Positions 62,291 to 64,000 of a stretch of DNA of 64,000 bases are shown here, piece by piece. Both the position numbers and the translations under genes were made by a program. The notes beneath the pieces were generated by a model. It saw only the letters and a program-made list of their open reading frames with translations. It did not search any database and was not told where the DNA came from. How positions within the stretch are numbered: position 1 is the stretch's first letter; each line of letters opens with the position of its first letter. Source of the DNA: Phyllobates terribilis (taxonomy: Eukaryota); contig NW_027362764.1 in the NCBI RefSeq assembly GCF_046119375.1, forward strand, positions 59,148,001 through 59,212,000, in the 5' to 3' direction.

Positions 62291-62714
62291 TGTTATGATC
62301 TGCTACAAGCACTAAGGAAAGAAAGGAGATCTGTCCCTACAATAGAACTAAGCTAGATCCCTACGATGTAACGGGGAACCTGATCCTGCGATCAGACCCG
62401 CTAAAGTCCTCGACTAGTCTGTACGAAGACCTATAGATGCAAGGGAGGGATCCCTACAAGAACTAGGGACTGGGATAAAGTTGGGCACCTCCTAGCAGAA
62501 ATTGTAGCAGTAAAAGACAAAACACACAACATAGAACATAAAGGTCCGAAGACCAAGCTAAACAGACTGAGAAAGGTAACTAAGCACCAGGCTAACTTAA
62601 GAGTAGAAATTACAATGAAGTCCAGCAAGGCCAGGAGGGCGGAGCAGGATTAAATAGGCAAAAAAGGTCACGTGACCAGCAAACTAGAAAAAACCTAACA
62701 GGAGAGTTCTAACA
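62291..62714 (-). repeat. 5' LTR of the chromovirus with TATA box (tatttaa at 62650-62656, minus strand)
   Basis: TG...CA termini; direct repeat of 57733-58156. Confidence 0.95.
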
Positions 62715-62907
62715 CCAGGATCCCCGGAAAAATTAAAGGGGTATTCCCATCGCTAGATCTTATCCTAGTATGTAGTAGGTGTAATAATAATATTAGCAAA
62801 TACCTCCAATTAGAAATGTAGTATAGTTCTTCTGATTCGCTGTCTCTTACTGCTCTGTGCAGGGCATTGCTGTAACTTAGGTATCTATGGTTGTGACCAC
62901 TCATATA

Positions 62908-64000
62908 CACTATGTGCAGAATTATTAGGCAAATGCATATTTTGATCACATGATACTTTTTATACATGTTGTCCTACTCCAAGCTGCATAGGCTTGAGAG
63001 CCAATTACCAATTAAGTAAATCTGGTGATGTGCATCTCTGTAATGAGGAGGGGTGTTGACTAATGACATCAACACGCTATATAAGGTGTGCTTAATTATT
63101 AGGCAACTTCCTTTCCTTTGGAAAAATGTGTCAGAAGAGAGATCTGACGGGCTCTGAAAAGTCCAAAATTGTGAGATGTCTTGCAGAGGGATGCAGCAGT
63201 CTTGAAATTTCCAAACTTTTGAAGCGTGATCACCGAACAATCAAGCGTTTCATGGCAAATAGCCAACAGGGTCGCAAGAAGAGTGTTGGTCAAAAAAGGC
63301 GCAAAATAACTGCCCATGAATTGAGGAAAATCAAGTGTGAAGCTGCCAAGATGCCATTCACCACCAGTTTTGCCATATTTCAGAGCTGCAACGTTACTGG
63401 TGTATCAAAAAGCACAAGGTGTGCGATACTCAGGGACATGACCAAGGTAAGGAAGGCTGAAAAACGACCACCTTTGAACAAGAAACATAAGATAAAACGT
63501 CAAGAATGGGCCAAGAAATATCTTAAGACTGATTTTTCAAAGGTTTTATGGACTGATGAAATGAGAGTGACTCGTGATGGGCCAGAGGCTGGATCAGTAA
63601 AGGGCAGAGAGCTCCACTCCGACTCAGACGCCAGCAAGGTGGAGGTGGGGTACTGGTATGGGCTGGTATCATCAAAGATGAACTTGTGGGACCTTTTCGG
63701 GTTGAGGATAGAGTGAAGCTCAACTCCCAGACCTACTGCCAGTTTCTGGAAGACAACTTCTTCAAGCAGTGGTACAGGAAGAAGTCGGCATCGTTCAAGA
63801 AAAACATGATTTTCATGCAGGACAATGCTCCATCACATGCATCCAACTACTCCACAGCGTGGCTGGCCAGTAAAGGTCTAAAAGAAGAAAAAATAATGAC
63901 ATGGCCCCCTTGTTCACCTGATCTGAACCCCATAGAGAACCTGTGGTCCATCATAAAATGTGAGATCTACAGGGAGGGAAAACAGTACACCTCTCGGAAC
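62908..64000 (+). mobile_element. Tc1-like DD37E (TRT-type) transposon running off the window end
   Basis: TA-cactatgtgcagaattattaggcaa left TIR; transposase WTDE...QDNAPSH...SPDLNPIE with 37 residues between D and E. Confidence 0.9.
63126..64000 (+). pseudogene. DD37E transposase with a frameshift near 63580
   Basis: ORF 63126-63716 is correct to RDGP, then the homologous text continues in another frame (GWISKGQRAPLRLRRQQGGGGVLVWAGIIKDELVGP...QDNAPSH...NPIENLW). Confidence 0.85.

Larger units (their letters stand above)
57733..62714 (-). mobile_element. Full-length Ty3/Gypsy chromovirus (Tf1/sushi group), 4982 bp
   Basis: Two 424-bp LTRs (57733-58156, 62291-62714); TSD CCAGG (57728-57732, 62715-62719); gene order gag-PR-RT-RH-IN-chromodomain; polypurine tract next to the 3' LTR. 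Confidence 0.97.

Overview
Eukaryotic, repeat-dominated DNA. The repeat families (T2/Kolobok-type and Harbinger-type MITEs, V-SINEs, Tc1-like DD34E/DD37E/DD38E elements, piggyBac-like non-autonomous elements, a Tf1/sushi chromovirus) point to an anuran amphibian genome (inference). No intact host gene, rRNA, tRNA or CRISPR array is supported; there are only a few candidate minus-strand exons. Well-supported items: a full-length but pol-disrupted chromoviral Ty3/Gypsy element (57733-62714, 424-bp LTRs, CCAGG TSD) with a self-priming signature; six solo LTRs with matching TSDs; several nested insertions; a 42-bp satellite of about 80 copies that arose inside a MITE; and a telomere-like array inside a DNA element. 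The most interesting item is at 9949-13400: an LTR followed by a perfect tRNA-Ser primer-binding site and, instead of gag-pol, one long decayed reading frame. That frame is Pro-rich with two predicted helical segments and ends in a cold-shock (OB-fold nucleic-acid-binding) domain lying in a frame the ORF track does not show. The LTR family of this element also carries a covarying terminal hairpin and an internal second PBS-like motif. All homology calls come from motif recognition by eye; no searches were run.
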